Shown in pieces: positions 1 to 12,435 of a stretch of DNA of 64,000 bases. The number at the start of each line of letters is the position of its first letter. Positions within the stretch are counted from its first letter, which is position 1. A program made the position numbers and the translations under genes. Source of the stretch: Octopus sinensis (lineage: Eukaryota); contig NC_043011.1 in assembly GCF_006345805.1 (NCBI RefSeq), positions 47,070,464 through 47,134,463 on the forward strand. The letters run 5' to 3'. The notes beneath the pieces were generated by a model. The model was given only the letters and a program-made list of their open reading frames with translations. It searched no databases and had not been told where the DNA came from.

Positions 1-90
1 CTTTGGTTGGCCCAAGGATATAGTTGAAGACACTTGCCCAAAATGCCATGTGGTGGGACTGAAACATGTGGCTGGGAAGCAAAGTTCTTA
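1..90 (-). mobile_element. SINE family A, partial 5' part
   Basis: Matches other copies here (gaagacacttgcccaa...gggactgaa...catgtgg); cut by the window edge. Confidence 0.75.
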
Positions 91-490
91 TTTCTTTATT
101 GCCCACAAGGGGCTAAACATAGAGTGGACAAACAAAGGGATTAAGTCGATTACATTGACCCCAGTGCCTAACTGATACTTAATTTATCGAATCTGAAAGG
201 ATGAAAGGCAAAGTCAACCTCGGCGGAATTTGAACTCCGAATGTAACAACAGATGAGATACCTATTTCTTTACTACCCACAAGGGGCTAAACACAGAGAG
301 GACAAACAAGGACAGACAAACGGATTGAGTCGATTATATCGACCCCAGTGCGTAACTGGTACTTATTTAATTGACCCTGAAAGGATGAAAGTCAAAGTTG
401 ACCTCATTGGAATTTGAACTCGGAATGTAACAGTAGACAAAATACCGCTAAGCATTTCGCCTGGCATGCTAACGTTTCTGCCAGCTCACT
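91..490 (-). mobile_element. SINE family B, internally duplicated (dimeric) copy
   Basis: Two tandem bodies (tttctttattgcccacaagggg...gaaaggcaaagtcaacctcggcggaatttgaactc) and one head ending ctgccagctcac. Confidence 0.85.
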
Positions 491-720
491 GCGTTCTTAC
501 CACACAGCAACACTGGCACCCGTAGCTACATTTTCGAACTTGCTATGTGAATTTTTTTTAATATTTGTCAGATTTATAGAAGTATAAATCTCTCTCTCAC
601 ATACACACAGCTCATTCGGGGTTCTTATTCTACAGTTCTTGGGATATCCTTGTTAATTCTTTCGTGGCATTCTATGAGGTTCTCTGTATTATTTCTTTAT
701 TTCGTTTCTTATATCACAAT

Positions 721-754
721 GCTTCGAGCAAATTACAATACAATGCTTCTCCAG
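721..754 (-). ncRNA. Degenerate hammerhead-like motif in a probable PLE remnant
   Basis: Minus strand reads CTGGAGA-AGCA..TGCT-C-GAAGC; both core boxes carry a substitution. Confidence 0.3.
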
Positions 755-1199
755 TGTACTTTTGTGTTGAAATAAACTGTTTTATTAATATATGGTTGTT
801 TTAACAACATTTAATGTTGTCGTTATTTATTTGTTATTTTTTTCTTTTTGTACCAAAATAGCATATCATTAATTAATTAAAGCTGATAGAGAAAGACTGA
901 TACCATTTTTGGAATTAGCACCTCAAATGTACTGCAGAATTGTTTTAAGTTCTGTGACACCAAAATGTGTGTTAGCCAGTGTATAACAGCTCTGTTAGAT
1001 CCAGACTGACCAGGAGCTAAATAATAACAACATCAACAAAATTTAATATCAGCAAATCACTTCAAATTTACCTATGTGATATGAGGTGTTATATGGTACA
1101 GATTTTTGATATCGATTTGAAATACTTGAAACATTCTACAAAATATGTTTGTGGGAGTCATACAGTTTATACTTCAAAACTCACTGTAAAGTTCACTAA

Positions 1200-1422
1200 C
1201 CCTTTGGTTACTGTATTTAATTTGAGATGCACTCTGTTTCTTTCAATTAATTTTAAATATACAAAGAATTTATTAAAATAAATTAGTTATCATTCAGCTA
1301 GTATTAGGAACATAAATTGTGACTATTGTTTGGTAGAAGATTTTAATTCAAAACTTATGAAAGCAAGACATTTGTACTATTGAACCAGAAAGGCGGTTTC
1401 AGCTGGGTTGGTATCGAAAAGG
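1200..1422. mobile_element. piggyBac-like MITE (~222 bp), decayed
   Basis: CCCTTTGGTTAC...GTATCGAAAAGG|TTAA; colinear with 53928-54149. Confidence 0.8.
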
Positions 1423-2204
1423 TTAACTGGACACATGTATAGTTAACTTGTTTATATATATACATATATATATGTGCACACATATACATATATATATGTT
1501 TGTGCATATATAAATAATGCGTGTGTGTGTGCATGTGTTCATGTCATTATATATAAATATATATATTATATGTGCCTATTCACACACACAGTGGAGAAGA
1601 AATTGAACTGGTAGACTTATTAGAGCATTATATAGAATGCCTTGTGGTATTTGTTGAGAAAGACGGAGAGAAGAGGAAAAGAAGAACTGAGAAGAGGGAG
1701 ACAAGTGTATGTATATATGAGTGTGTGCATGTGTGTGTGTGTGTGTGTGTGGTGTGTGTGTGTGCACACACTACGGAGGCTTCATTTACATAATAGGCTA
1801 ATTACAACAATCAAATGGCATTTAAACTAAAATTTCCTGTGTAATGGCCTCATTTTAATAAAGGAAATTAGACAGAGGTGAATAAATTCATTATTTTAAT
1901 GAGAAATAATGAAATATTGAATTATCAACATCATAAGACATACATATAAGCAGGCCTATGGTAAAAGATGCTCTGTTGGACTACATAATATAATGCATTG
2001 TCCATCCATGTTTCAGATGGCAAGAGTGTAATATTACATAAATTTCACTGCTGTTCCTAGCACTCAATATAATCATGTAGTGGCTCTCAAATTTTACATA
2101 TTTACATACACATATACATATATGTGTGTGCTTGTACAAATGATTATAATATTTTCCATTTAATCAGATTCAAAAACAGCTAAGTCAATCAGATATTTGG
2201 AAAA

Positions 2205-2603
2205 CTCTTTTTCTCTTTTACTTGTTTCAGTCATTTGACTGTGGCCATGCTGGAGCACCACCTTTAGTCGAGCAAATCGACCCCCAAGACTTATTCTTTG
2301 TAAGCCTAGTACTTATTCTATCGGTCTCTTTTGCCGAACTGATAAGTTACAGGGACATAAACACACCAGCATCAGTTGTCAAGCAATGTTGGGGGCGACA
2401 AACACAGCCACACAAACATATAGACACACATACATATATACAACGCACGTCTTTCAGTTTCTATCTACCAAGTCCACTCATAAGGCTTTGGTCAGCCCGG
2501 GGCTATATTAGAAGACACTTGTCTAAGGTGCCATGCAGTGGGACTGAATCCGGAACCATGTGGTTGGTAAGCATGCTACTTACCACACAGTCACTCCTGT
2601 GCC
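2205..2603 (-). mobile_element. SINE family A (tRNA-like head, CORE-like ccttgggcaagt motif), near full length
   Basis: Colinear with 41654-42058; internal (CA/TA)n tract; gtaaaagag tail. Confidence 0.9.
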
Positions 2604-2829
2604 TATGCTAAAATTTCATTTAGCTAACCCTAACAGCCCAATTTCTCAAAAAAATCATACCCAACTGACTTTAAAATGAAGTGATATGAGACATAACAGA
2701 CTTCAAAATAAATTATCTTGAAAACAAACGAAAAAAAACAGGATGGTCATGGCAAGAATGCTTTTCATCGTAAGTCTGCTCAAGTAGCGCTGACTGACCT
2801 GGGGCTAAAAAAACAACAGCTCGATCATT

Positions 2830-2960
2830 ACCTATTTCTTTATTACCCACAAGGGGCCAAACACAGACATAGGTATTAAGTCGATTACATCGACCCCAGT
2901 GCGTAACTGGTACTTAATTTATCGACCCCGAAAGGATGAAAGGCAAAGTCGACCTCGGCG
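2830..2960 (-). mobile_element. SINE family B, 3' fragment
   Basis: atcgaccccagtgcgtaactggtacttaatttatcgaccccgaaaggatgaaaggcaaagtcgacc. Confidence 0.85.
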
Positions 2961-2997
2961 TACCATCAGCAACTAACACTGCCTACATCATCTCCAT

Positions 2998-3030
2998 TCC
3001 TCCTCCTCCTCCTCCTCCTCCTCCTCCTCC

Positions 3031-3102
<72 letters not shown>

Positions 3103-3125
3103 CCATCATCATACTACCACCATCA
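2998..3125. repeat. Compound (TCC)n-(CAT)n microsatellite
   Basis: Visible directly; it explains the poly-Pro/poly-His ORF at 2936. Confidence 0.95.
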
Positions 3126-4204
3126 CCAGTATCATTATCATATTGATTACTGTATTATCAACATGAATTGAAGCAATAGGAAATAGCTTTTCACACTTTA
3201 ACAAAAAATTCCTTTTCAATAATTAAATCATATTTCTATAACATCATGTACTAAAATGACATTTTTTTTTTCTTTTTGTTTACTAATATATTATCTTCAG
3301 TTTATTTTATTTTTCCCAAAATACACATTTACTTTTTATTTAATAATTTCTATGTATTATTAACTTCCTAAAGATTTAATTACTATTAATATTCTAATAA
3401 CAAAAGACATATTGCTTTCACTTATCTTAATTCTTTACAAAGAAATCATTCACAAAAGGTTTCTATAGTAAATAACAGGGAAGCTTTTATTGTATTCTTT
3501 GAAATGATTAGAAGACAGAAAAGATTTATGGCAGGTAGATAGACTGTCTGCCAGTTCTTAACTACAACAACAGCAACTATACATTCAATTGGCTTTCATA
3601 CACACACACACACACATATACACACATACACAAAGATATAGGAATAGATATAGATCTATCCATGTTTTTTGGTTATTTCTTTTCCGATTTGAGTATCATA
3701 TCAAAGCACACATATGCATAGACAAATACAGACAAACGTACATATACATATGCACATGCTCATATAAAGCGATAACATATACAACACATAGGTAAATAAA
3801 GATAACCAGAAAAATATGTATGACTGCATACATATAATAAAAAGCACAGATTCACAGACAAACACAGTGCAAAAACAAAAAAAATCACACTCACATATGC
3901 AGGAAAATACACAATGATGGTTGTATATTTTCTTGTGTTCTTAAGGAGTTGTTTACTTCACAAACACGGGTTTTAGGGTGTAATCTCACAATATAGCACT
4001 TTAAGTAACTGAACTTTATTGTAGCCTAGGGTTGACAAATGCAGTGTGTGTTTGTGTGTGTGTGTGTGTGTGTGTTTGTATTATTGTGAAGTTCTTTGAA
4101 CTTGATATTTACAATAAATTTGACTCTTCCTTTAGTATATAGAGTCATTCCATCAGTAAATATTCTGTGTTTCTTAAACCTTGAGCATTTAAACTGGCCA
4201 TATC

Positions 4205-4745
4205 CATTATTTACATTATTTATATTTGATGGATATTTGTCCTCATCTTGTTAGTTGTTAACACAAAGTTTCAGCTGATATACCCTCCAGCCTTCATCAG
4301 GTGTCTTGGGGAAATTTTGAACGTGGGTTCTCATTCCTAAGGTATCTTTTGACTTCACAGTTTTGCGATGTTCCTCTACCCTTATTTTGAGAGAGCGGCA
4401 TGTTTCGCCTTTGTATAACTTACCACATGGGAGGGAGTGCATGCAGTTCTTGGTGTACTTCATCCCATGCAGCTGTGGTAAGTTATACAAAGGCGAAACA
4501 TGCCGCCCCCCCTCAAAATAAGGGAAGAGGAACATCGCAAAGCTGTGACACAAGGAGATATTGATAAATCGGGTATGGCTGATCATGTATGGAAAAATAG
4601 AGACCACCTCCTCCTGTGAGATGAAGTTAAAATAATAGACAGAGAACACCACTGGAAAATACGAAAACTAAAAGGAGCAGCATATATGCTAGGACATAAG
4701 AACCTCCTAAGCAGACCGAGTGCAGATATGAACAGTATATGGGGA
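4205..4745 (+). mobile_element. Penelope-like element fragment with GIY-YIG endonuclease remnant and inverted duplication
   Basis: 4453-4745(+) reads VYFIPCSCGKLYKGETCRP/LKIREEEHRKAVTQGDIDKSGMADHVW...REHHWKIRKLK, with one frameshift and one stop. 4355-4427 is the reverse complement of 4474-4548. Confidence 0.85.
4261..4304 (-). ncRNA. Minimal type-I hammerhead ribozyme motif (PLE-associated), probably inactivated
   Basis: Minus strand: ACAC CTGATGA A GGCTG-gagggtatat-CAGCT GAAAC TTT GTGT. Stem I is ACAC/GTGT, stem II is 5 bp, and the stem III palindrome is broken. Confidence 0.6.
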
Positions 4746-6137
4746 CAGCTGGACCAATCTCCTCTTCTGTAATTTGAAAAAAGGAGACCAGCTTGACTAG
4801 TTTCAGTATCTACCACCAAAGTTGGGTTGCTAATTCTTATAAACACAGAGAGAATAGTAACTTAGAGTTACTTTGTATTATAAGAAACTGTTAGCAATAA
4901 ATTAATCCACCTTAAATTGGATAACAATGTTGGTAATGTGTATTAATTAATAGAAACACTACAGAATATGTTTCGAGGGAAATAGGAAAATAAGGTAGCT
5001 TTACAGCCGTGTTTTTAGTAAAGACATTTTTAAGCTTATTGAGAAAAGTACATATTGTGGTTAAACTTACTTTCCTCTCTATTATTTAAGAAATGAGATT
5101 TGCTTGGTTAGATAGAACTCTATTACATTAAAATACCTAAATTTACAAAGATGTTTCTAATCTGTTTCGCTGAACCATTGATAAAAGTTAAACTACTATT
5201 CTCTGAGTATTTCTCTTTAGAATATAGCTATCCTAAGCCATTTAGTGAAAATAATCTTCAAGTGAGCTAAAGCTGCACAAAATCCTTCACTGCTTCCATA
5301 GACAAGATAAACAGAAGAAACCTTTCGGGTACAAATATGCAAAACACTTCTGTTCTAGGTAATGTCAACATCTCTAATGTTGGCTGTTTTAACTGCTGTG
5401 TGTCTTTCTGAAGCATTAGGTTACTGAGTTAAAATCTCTTTTGCAGTTATAATGAAACAAAGTAATTTAGGGCTTCCCGAAAATTCTTATTAAGAAAAGA
5501 ATACAAGCAGTATATGTACACATCCAGAAACACATGGAGATACACCGATATACCTCACCATTTCACTCTCCAAATGTAACTGGAATTTAAGTGATTGTAA
5601 TTTCAACAATTATAACCTTGACTTTGTCTCAGAGAAATAAAATTTTCAACCATAGCCTTTCGCAACTTTGAACAAAATATCAAAATTGGCAAATTCTGGT
5701 TGACACATAGAGTGATATACACTGAATTATTTCCAAATATCAACTGACTAAAATAGCTTATTCCTATCATAAAGGATTAACACTAAAATTTCCTGAAGAA
5801 TAGCTTGCCTCCTTTGCTTGTGTGTTTTATACAATGAATCTTGAAGACTTTAAGATGTTACATGATTTTATGCATGACTAGAAATATGTGTATGGTTCGT
5901 CACAGTTGAATAGACGACTGTGCTAAGCATTTTGTAATTCTTTCTATTTTGAAAGCATATGATAAAATCTTTAGGTCCTGGTGAGTTATCCAATTTCAAT
6001 GTGGCTATGAATACCATGGCTTCTGTATTGTTACGTTCCCATTTAAATAATAGGCAACTTCAAGATCAGATTTAAGAATCTTCAGTTTCAAATACCAACA
6101 TCAAAATAAAAATCAAATGGAAATTGTAGTTAAGATA

Positions 6138-6457
6138 CCCATGCCGGTGACATGTGAAAAACACCGTCCGAACGTGGCAGATGCCAGTGCCACCTGACTG
6201 GTGCCTGTGCCGATGACACGTAAAATCACCAACCGAACGTGGCCGTTTGCCTGCCTCTTCTGGCCCCTGTGCTGGTGGCACATAAAAAACACCCACTACA
6301 CTCATGGAGAGGTTGATGTTAGGAAAGGCATCCAGCTGTAGAAACACTGCGGGATCAGACTGGAACCTAGTGCTGCCTCCTGGCTTCCCAGACTTTGGTC
6401 GAACCGCCCAACCCATGCTAGCATGGAAAACGGACGTTAAATGATGATGATGATGAT
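6138..6457 (+). mobile_element. Retroposon family D ((GAT)n tail, gttaggaagggcatccagc motif)
   Basis: Internal subrepeats gtgccggtggcacgtaaaa; 3' end aacccatgctagcatggaaaacggacgttaaatgatgatg. Confidence 0.85.
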
Positions 6458-6751
6458 GTTTGTCAACTGTTATAAATAGGTATGTTCTATGAGTGCTCAG
6501 TTGTATGTATGTATGTATGTATGTCCGTCCTTATGTTTTTGTTCATATAGGATGGAGTGATCAAACTCTGGCTTGAACTGAAACTGAAAGTATGATGGTG
6601 TGACTGCCTGTCAGTCAGAGGAAGCTAGAAGTGACAGATTCAAATAAGATATAGTTATCTTTATCACTACAAAGGTAGTAGGCAGTCGTGGAAATTAATT
6701 TACAAAAAAAGGTATCATTACTCCATATTTTGTATAAAATTTGTAGATTTT

Positions 6752-7001
6752 AGCCTCGCCTGGCTTCCGTGCCGGTGACACGTAAAAAGCACCATCCAGT
6801 CATGGCCGTTTGCAGCCTCGTCTGGCACCTGTGCCAGTGGCACGTAAAAAGCACCCACTACACTCATGGAGGGGTTGGCGTTAGGAAGGGCATCCAGCCG
6901 TAGAAACATTGCCAGATCAGACTGGGCCTGTTGCAGCCTTCTGGCTTCCCAGACCCCAGTTGCCCCGTCCAACCCATGCTAGCATGGAAAGTGGACGCTA
7001 A

Positions 7002-7034
<33 letters not shown>
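6752..7034 (+). mobile_element. Retroposon family D
   Basis: Same body and (GAT)n tail. Confidence 0.85.
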
Positions 7035-7036
<2 letters not shown>

Positions 7037-7273
7037 GCTTCAGAAGTTACTCTGGATTCTTGACTTTCATGTATAACACACATCTCACTAATGTCTCACA
7101 AAGTATATTGAAAGTTCTAAAAAATATAGTTTAATGTCCATCGCTAACAATATGTAGATTTGATTTCTCATGAACGTAACTCCTTGGTTGAAATAATAAA
7201 TGGTAGTAGGGTACACACACACACACATTCTCACATACACATATGCGCGTGCACACACACTTAACATGCATGT

Positions 7274-7566
7274 GGAAGCACATGGCCTAGTGGTTAGAGC
7301 AGCGGACTCATGGTCGAGGAATTGGGGGTTCGAATCTCAGACCGGGCGATGTGTGTGTTTATGAGTGTAAGTACCTAAGCTCCACGCGGCTCCGGCAGAA
7401 GGTAATGATGAACTTCAGCTGACTCTTTCGCCAGAACTTTCTCTCACTCCTTCCTCCTGCATCTGCGACAGGCCGGCATCCCATCCAAGTGGGGAACCCA
7501 TTATGCCAAGGAAACCGGGAAACCAGCCCTTATGAGCCAGGGATGGCTTGAAAAGGAACAAACAAC
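7274..7566 (+). mobile_element. SINE family E head joined to a C2-like 3' tail
   Basis: A-box tggcctagtgg and B-box ggttcgaatct; head shared with 49225-49610, tail similar to 32670-32755. Confidence 0.8.
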
Positions 7567-7750
7567 TTCACATGCATATGTTGAAGAGGTAAATCATGTG
7601 TTCTTCTGACACTAAAAATGGTTCGACAACCCAGACATCTTATATAGGCTTCTAGACAAATTTGCTGTGGGTAATCTACCAGAGAGAGAGAAGCACATTC
7701 ACTGTTTTCCATGGCCTCCATCAATCATTAGTCTAATTTAAATATGTATA

Positions 7751-7928
7751 CATCATCATCATCATCATCATCATCATCGTTTAACCTCCGTTTTCCGCGC
7801 TAGCACGGGTTGGACGGTTCGACCGGAGTCTGGGAAGCCGGGGCTGCACCAGGCTCCAGTCTGATCTGGCAGTGTTTCTACAGCTGGATGCTGCCCTTCC
7901 TAATGCCAACCACTCCGCGAGTGTAGTA
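7751..7928 (-). mobile_element. Retroposon family D, young 5'-truncated copy
   Basis: (CAT)n then cgtttaacctccgttttccgcgctagcacggg; nearly identical to 55010-55180 with CpGs retained. Confidence 0.85.
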
Positions 7929-8376
7929 TGTTCTATGAGTATTCTATACTGAAATTTGAACTTTTGACCACGATAAACAAAAATCAGTGTTTTAAATTCC
8001 TACATAGCTCTTGTGTCTCTATGAATTTAGGTAAAAACAAAAGCGATAAAACAAATGAATTGCTGACAGTTGTACATGGATATGAAATGATCTTAATGAG
8101 TTCGGCATGATCAATAACCAAACATTGTAGCCTGAAGAAAAAACTCTTATCACATATTGGCGACACTTTTTATTCAAGTCTTTTCTTGTCCTTGAAGTGT
8201 GAATGGTGGTGGGAAGAAAAAAAAATTACATTACAATCCTCAATCTGAAACAGATATAACAAGCTGACAAGTAATTAAATTGCTGTGACTGTAATACTTA
8301 AGTACGGTGAGACGAAAAATCTGCTGAAAGTTGGTTTCGGAGCAGCTCCATCCTACATGAACAAAAACATAAGGAA

Positions 8377-8526
8377 ATACATACACACACATATGTATAT
8401 ACACACACAGATATACACACACACACATATATATATATATACACACACGCACACATATATATACATACACACATGCACACATATATATATATATACATAC
8501 ACACACACACACATATATATATATAT

Positions 8527-8557
<31 letters not shown>

Positions 8558-9111
8558 CATACACATGCACACATATATATATATATACATATACACACAT
8601 ACACATATATATATATATATACATACACACACACACACACATATATATACACGCACATATATATACATACACACACATATATATATACATACACACACGC
8701 GCATATATATATATACATATACACACACACATATATATATGCACGCACACACATATATACATATACACACACACATATATATGTACACACACACATATAT
8801 ATAGACACACACACACACACATATATATACACATACACACACACATATATATATACATACACACATGCACACATAATATATACATACACACACATATATA
8901 CATGCACACACATATATATAAATATACACACACACACATATATATATGCATACACACACACACACATATATATATACATATACACACACATATATATATA
9001 TATACATACACACACACATATATATACATACACACATATATATACATACACACACACACACACATATATATATGCACACACACACACACACACACATTCA
9101 CACACTCACAT
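8377..9111. repeat. Complex (CA)n/(TA)n microsatellite array, ~730 bp
   Basis: Visible directly; it is the source of seven spurious ORFs. Confidence 0.95.
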
Positions 9112-9571
9112 ACAAATTTTCAAGAATTATTCTGTACAGCTTGTTGATTCCTTTTGAAATTGTATTAAAAGGCCAAATTCCAAATTCTACCAAATGATGC
9201 AATATGGTTTTAAGAGATTACAAGCTGTATTCTTCTTAGGTTTAATTGAATATGAAAAGAAAATTCAATTTTCATATAAAATCTTGAATTGACTCATTTA
9301 ACTAAGATGCTTTGGTGAAGTAATAATATTCCGAAGATGCTAGAATATTAATGTTGTCTTTTTTCATTGTAACTGTTTGTTTATTGCATTACATTATGCA
9401 AACACATACCTTTGACTTGAACAAAGAGGCATGAGAGAAGAGTATTATATTGTCAAAGAAATATCGAAGACAATGTAAGCTTTAAGTTACTATACTGAAC
9501 AAACTTCACAGGCAGCATTGGGAAAAAAAAAAAAAATTCTAATAAAGCTAAACTGCTATTAAACGAAAACA

Positions 9572-10225
9572 TGACTTGACTTGACAGCATTCACCCGGGG
9601 TGGGTTGACCTGGCTTTATTCATCTTCAATGCTGCATCTCTCACAAACGCTGACCAGGCCTGGCAATTTGAGGCTAACGACCGCATGATCTCCAACCACT
9701 CCTTATTCCAGCGGCGAACGCTGTAGATATATATTTCTTTACTACCCACAAGGGGCTAAACACAGAGGGGACAAACAAGAACAGACAAACGGATTAAGTC
9801 GATTATATCGACCCCAGTGCATAACTGGTACTTAATTTATCGACCCCGAAAGGATGAAAGGCAAAGTTGACCTCGGCGGAGTTTGAACTCAGAACATAAC
9901 GGCAGGCGAAATACGGATACGCACTTCGCCCGGCCTGCTAACGTTTCTGCCAGCTCGCCATAGATATGGGGGCCTAGGTTGGGTTCCAGATCAGCCTTGA
10001 CTGTCATCAGCCAGGATTTTCGTTGTCCACCACATTGCTTTCGCCAACCCTGAAGGGGAGCTGGGGCAATTGCTTCGTAGATGAATTCTGCTGGTTGACA
10101 ACGGAGGGCATGACCCAGCCAACGCAGACGTCTCGTTAGGGTGACCTGTTGGAGGGAGGTGATTCTGCACTGGTGTTGCACCAAATTGTTGGAGACAAAG
10201 TGATGACATCGGACACGAAAACATG
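9572..10225 (-). mobile_element. RTE-clade LINE 3' fragment, split by a SINE B insertion
   Basis: Reads RRLRWLGHALR...GWRKQCGGQRKSWLMTVKADLEPNLGPHIY|SVRRWNKEWLEIMRSLASNCQAWSAFVRDAA...THPG*, followed by a (CAAGT)n tail. Confidence 0.85.
9731..9960 (-). mobile_element. SINE family B, full monomer with TSD
   Basis: TSD tagatat at 9724-9730 and 9961-9967. Confidence 0.9.
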
Positions 10226-10340
10226 GAAGAAGAATAGCTAAGATATTTAGGTAATAGTTAGTTAACCAATTTGTCTGAGTTCAAAACTTAGTACAACTGT
10301 CTTATTGTGCAATATGGTCGTATGAACAATCCTTGCTCAC

Positions 10341-10428
10341 CTCAATAGGTCTGATTACTGATGTCTCCAATTCTTCTTTGTTGGTGGCAGCAGACGTAGG
10401 AAGAACATAAAACAGTGAATACAATGTT
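10341..10428 (-). CDS. Candidate internal coding exon (88 nt), product unknown
   Basis: Acceptor gattgttttcattag| and donor GAG|GTGAGC. The single open frame reads TLYSLFYVLPTSAATNKEELETSVIRPIE and ends in phase 0; non-repetitive sequence. Confidence 0.4.
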
Positions 10429-10706
10429 CTAATGAAAACAATCCAATTATGAGACAGTTTTGAAAATAAAAAATAAACAAAGAAATACTATTCAACTAAA
10501 CTATCAGATTCTCAGTAACTTTCTCTTTCTTTCTCTCCCTCCCTCTCTACCATTCCCTCTGTGTCTCTTTCTTTCTCTTTTGTATGAATGTAATTATGTA
10601 TCATATTAATTCAATTAGGCCATATTTTCAGCAAATGAAACAGAAGACGCGAGAAACTAGGTGCAAAAAGGAAGAGAAAGCTATTGCAGCAGTTCTCTAC
10701 GAGGGT

Positions 10707-10930
10707 TCATATGACCCATGGAGGTCCACAAAAGCAAAATAGGAAATTAGGGATCTACAGGAGAATTTTAGGAGTCTGTGAATAAATCTTGCTTTAGATG
10801 GATTTATTTTAGATGGTTTCTTTCTCTAATGTTTTACATAATTCAAACCTACACAAGTTAATGTGTGACAAACAAAATAGGAATTCTGAGAGAAGTATAT
10901 ATAAAACTAGTTTTTAAATGTTTAATGGCT
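10707..10930. mobile_element. Probable hAT-like MITE remnant
   Basis: Starts cagcagttctctacgagggttcatatgaccc, resembling tagtgattctcaaccgtggtccatatagccc at ~18990; the right TIR was not seen. Confidence 0.35.
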
Positions 10931-10933
10931 ATG

Positions 10934-11458
10934 GGCGTAGCCATAGGAGTGGCTGTGTGGTAAGTAGCTTGCTTACGAACCACATGGTTTCGAGTTCAGT
11001 CCCACTGCGTGGCACCTTGGCAAGTGTCTTCTACTATAGCCTCAGGCATAGCCATAGGAGTGGCTGTGTGGTAAGTAGCTTGCTTACGAACCACATGGTT
11101 TCAGGTTCAGTCCCACGGCGTGGCACCTTGGGCAAGTGTGTTCTACTATAGCTTCAGGCCGACCAAAGACTTGTGAGTAGATTTGGTTGACGGAAACTGA
11201 AAGAAGCACATCGTATATATGTATATATATATGTGTGTGTGTATGTTTGTGTGTCTGTGTTTGTCCCACTAGCTTTGCTTGACAACTGATGCTGGTGTGT
11301 TTATGTCCCTGTCACTTAGCTGCTTGGCCAAAAGGGACCAATAGAATAAGTACTAGGCTTACAAAGAATAAGTCTTGGGGGTCGATTTGCTCGACTAAAG
11401 GCGGTGCTCCAGCATGGCTGAAGTCAAATGACTGAAACAAGTAAAAGAGTAAAAGAGT
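10934..11458 (+). mobile_element. SINE family A with tandemly duplicated head
   Basis: 10934-11044 is repeated from 11045, then the body continues to the gtaaaagag tail. Confidence 0.9.
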
Positions 11459-11594
11459 GTATGTGTGTGTGTGTGTGTGTGCATGTTTGTGTGTGCGCAC
11501 GGATGTGGAATATACATGTATGTGTATGTTTTTATATATATGCATATATACACACATATATATAGGTATGTGTGTGTGTCTCTCTCTCTTTCTC

Positions 11595-11627
<33 letters not shown>

Positions 11628-11963
11628 TATATATATAAAACCTTTCATACACTTACACAGGCACATGTATAATAATCCATATAAAAAAAAAACATGTACT
11701 CAATCTAGCTGAGTAAAAGTAACTTTCATTAGAATTTAACACGTGTAAACATTTTCATTATCTGCCCATTGCTCCCAGCATTACACATTCATTTCCTTTC
11801 TTCATACAGTTTGCGTGTGTGAGTGTGTGTATGTGTGTGCATGCACATGGATGTTAGCGTGCTTGTGTGTATGAATATGTGTAATACGACTATCTGCGGT
11901 ATTCTTGTAAATGTGCATGCAAATGTGTGTATGTATATCTGCAAGTGTGTATTTATCTATATA

Positions 11964-12367
11964 CTCTTTTACTCTTTTATTCGTTTCAGTCATTTTACTG
12001 TGGCCATGCTGGAGCACCGCCTTGAGCTGAGCAAATCGACCCCCAGGACTTATTCTTTGTAAGCCTAGTACTTATTCTATCGGTCATTTTTGCCGAATCA
12101 CTAAGTTATGGGGACGTAAACACACCAAGCAATGTTGGGGGGACAAACACAGACACACAAACACACACGCGCACATATATATACACATATATATACATAT
12201 ATATATGACAGGCTTCTTTCAGTTTCCGTCTACCAAATCCACTCACAAGGCTTTGGTCGGCCCGAAGCTATTGTAGAAGACACTCACCCAAGGTGCCACG
12301 CAGTGGGACTGAACCTGGAACATGTGGTTGGTAAGCAAGCTACTTACCACATAGCCACTCCTACGCC
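11964..12367 (-). mobile_element. SINE family A, full length
   Basis: Ends cacatagccactcctacgcc (the 5' end on the minus strand). Confidence 0.9.
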
Positions 12368-12435
12368 TATATATATATATATATATATATACCTATACAT
12401 ATATATATATATAATATATATATATATTATATATA

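Noticed and set aside
2936-3166. Poly-Pro/poly-His ORF
   Set aside because: It starts inside a SINE B fragment and reads through (TCC)n(CAT)n.
5040-5800. Hidden coding region in repeat-free DNA
   Set aside because: The frames I translated on both strands hit stops within a few tens of codons and no motif was recognised.
5975-5980. 6-nt microexon ttag|GTCCTG|gtgagt
   Set aside because: The pyrimidine tract is poor; expected by chance.
8240-9197. ORFs of 220-290 aa (CVCVYI / HTHTYI repeats)
   Set aside because: These are translations of a (CA)/(TA) array, which lacks stop codons in most frames; the same applies to the similar ORFs at 23.8, 28.1, 34.3, 46.1, 51, 56 and 61 kb.
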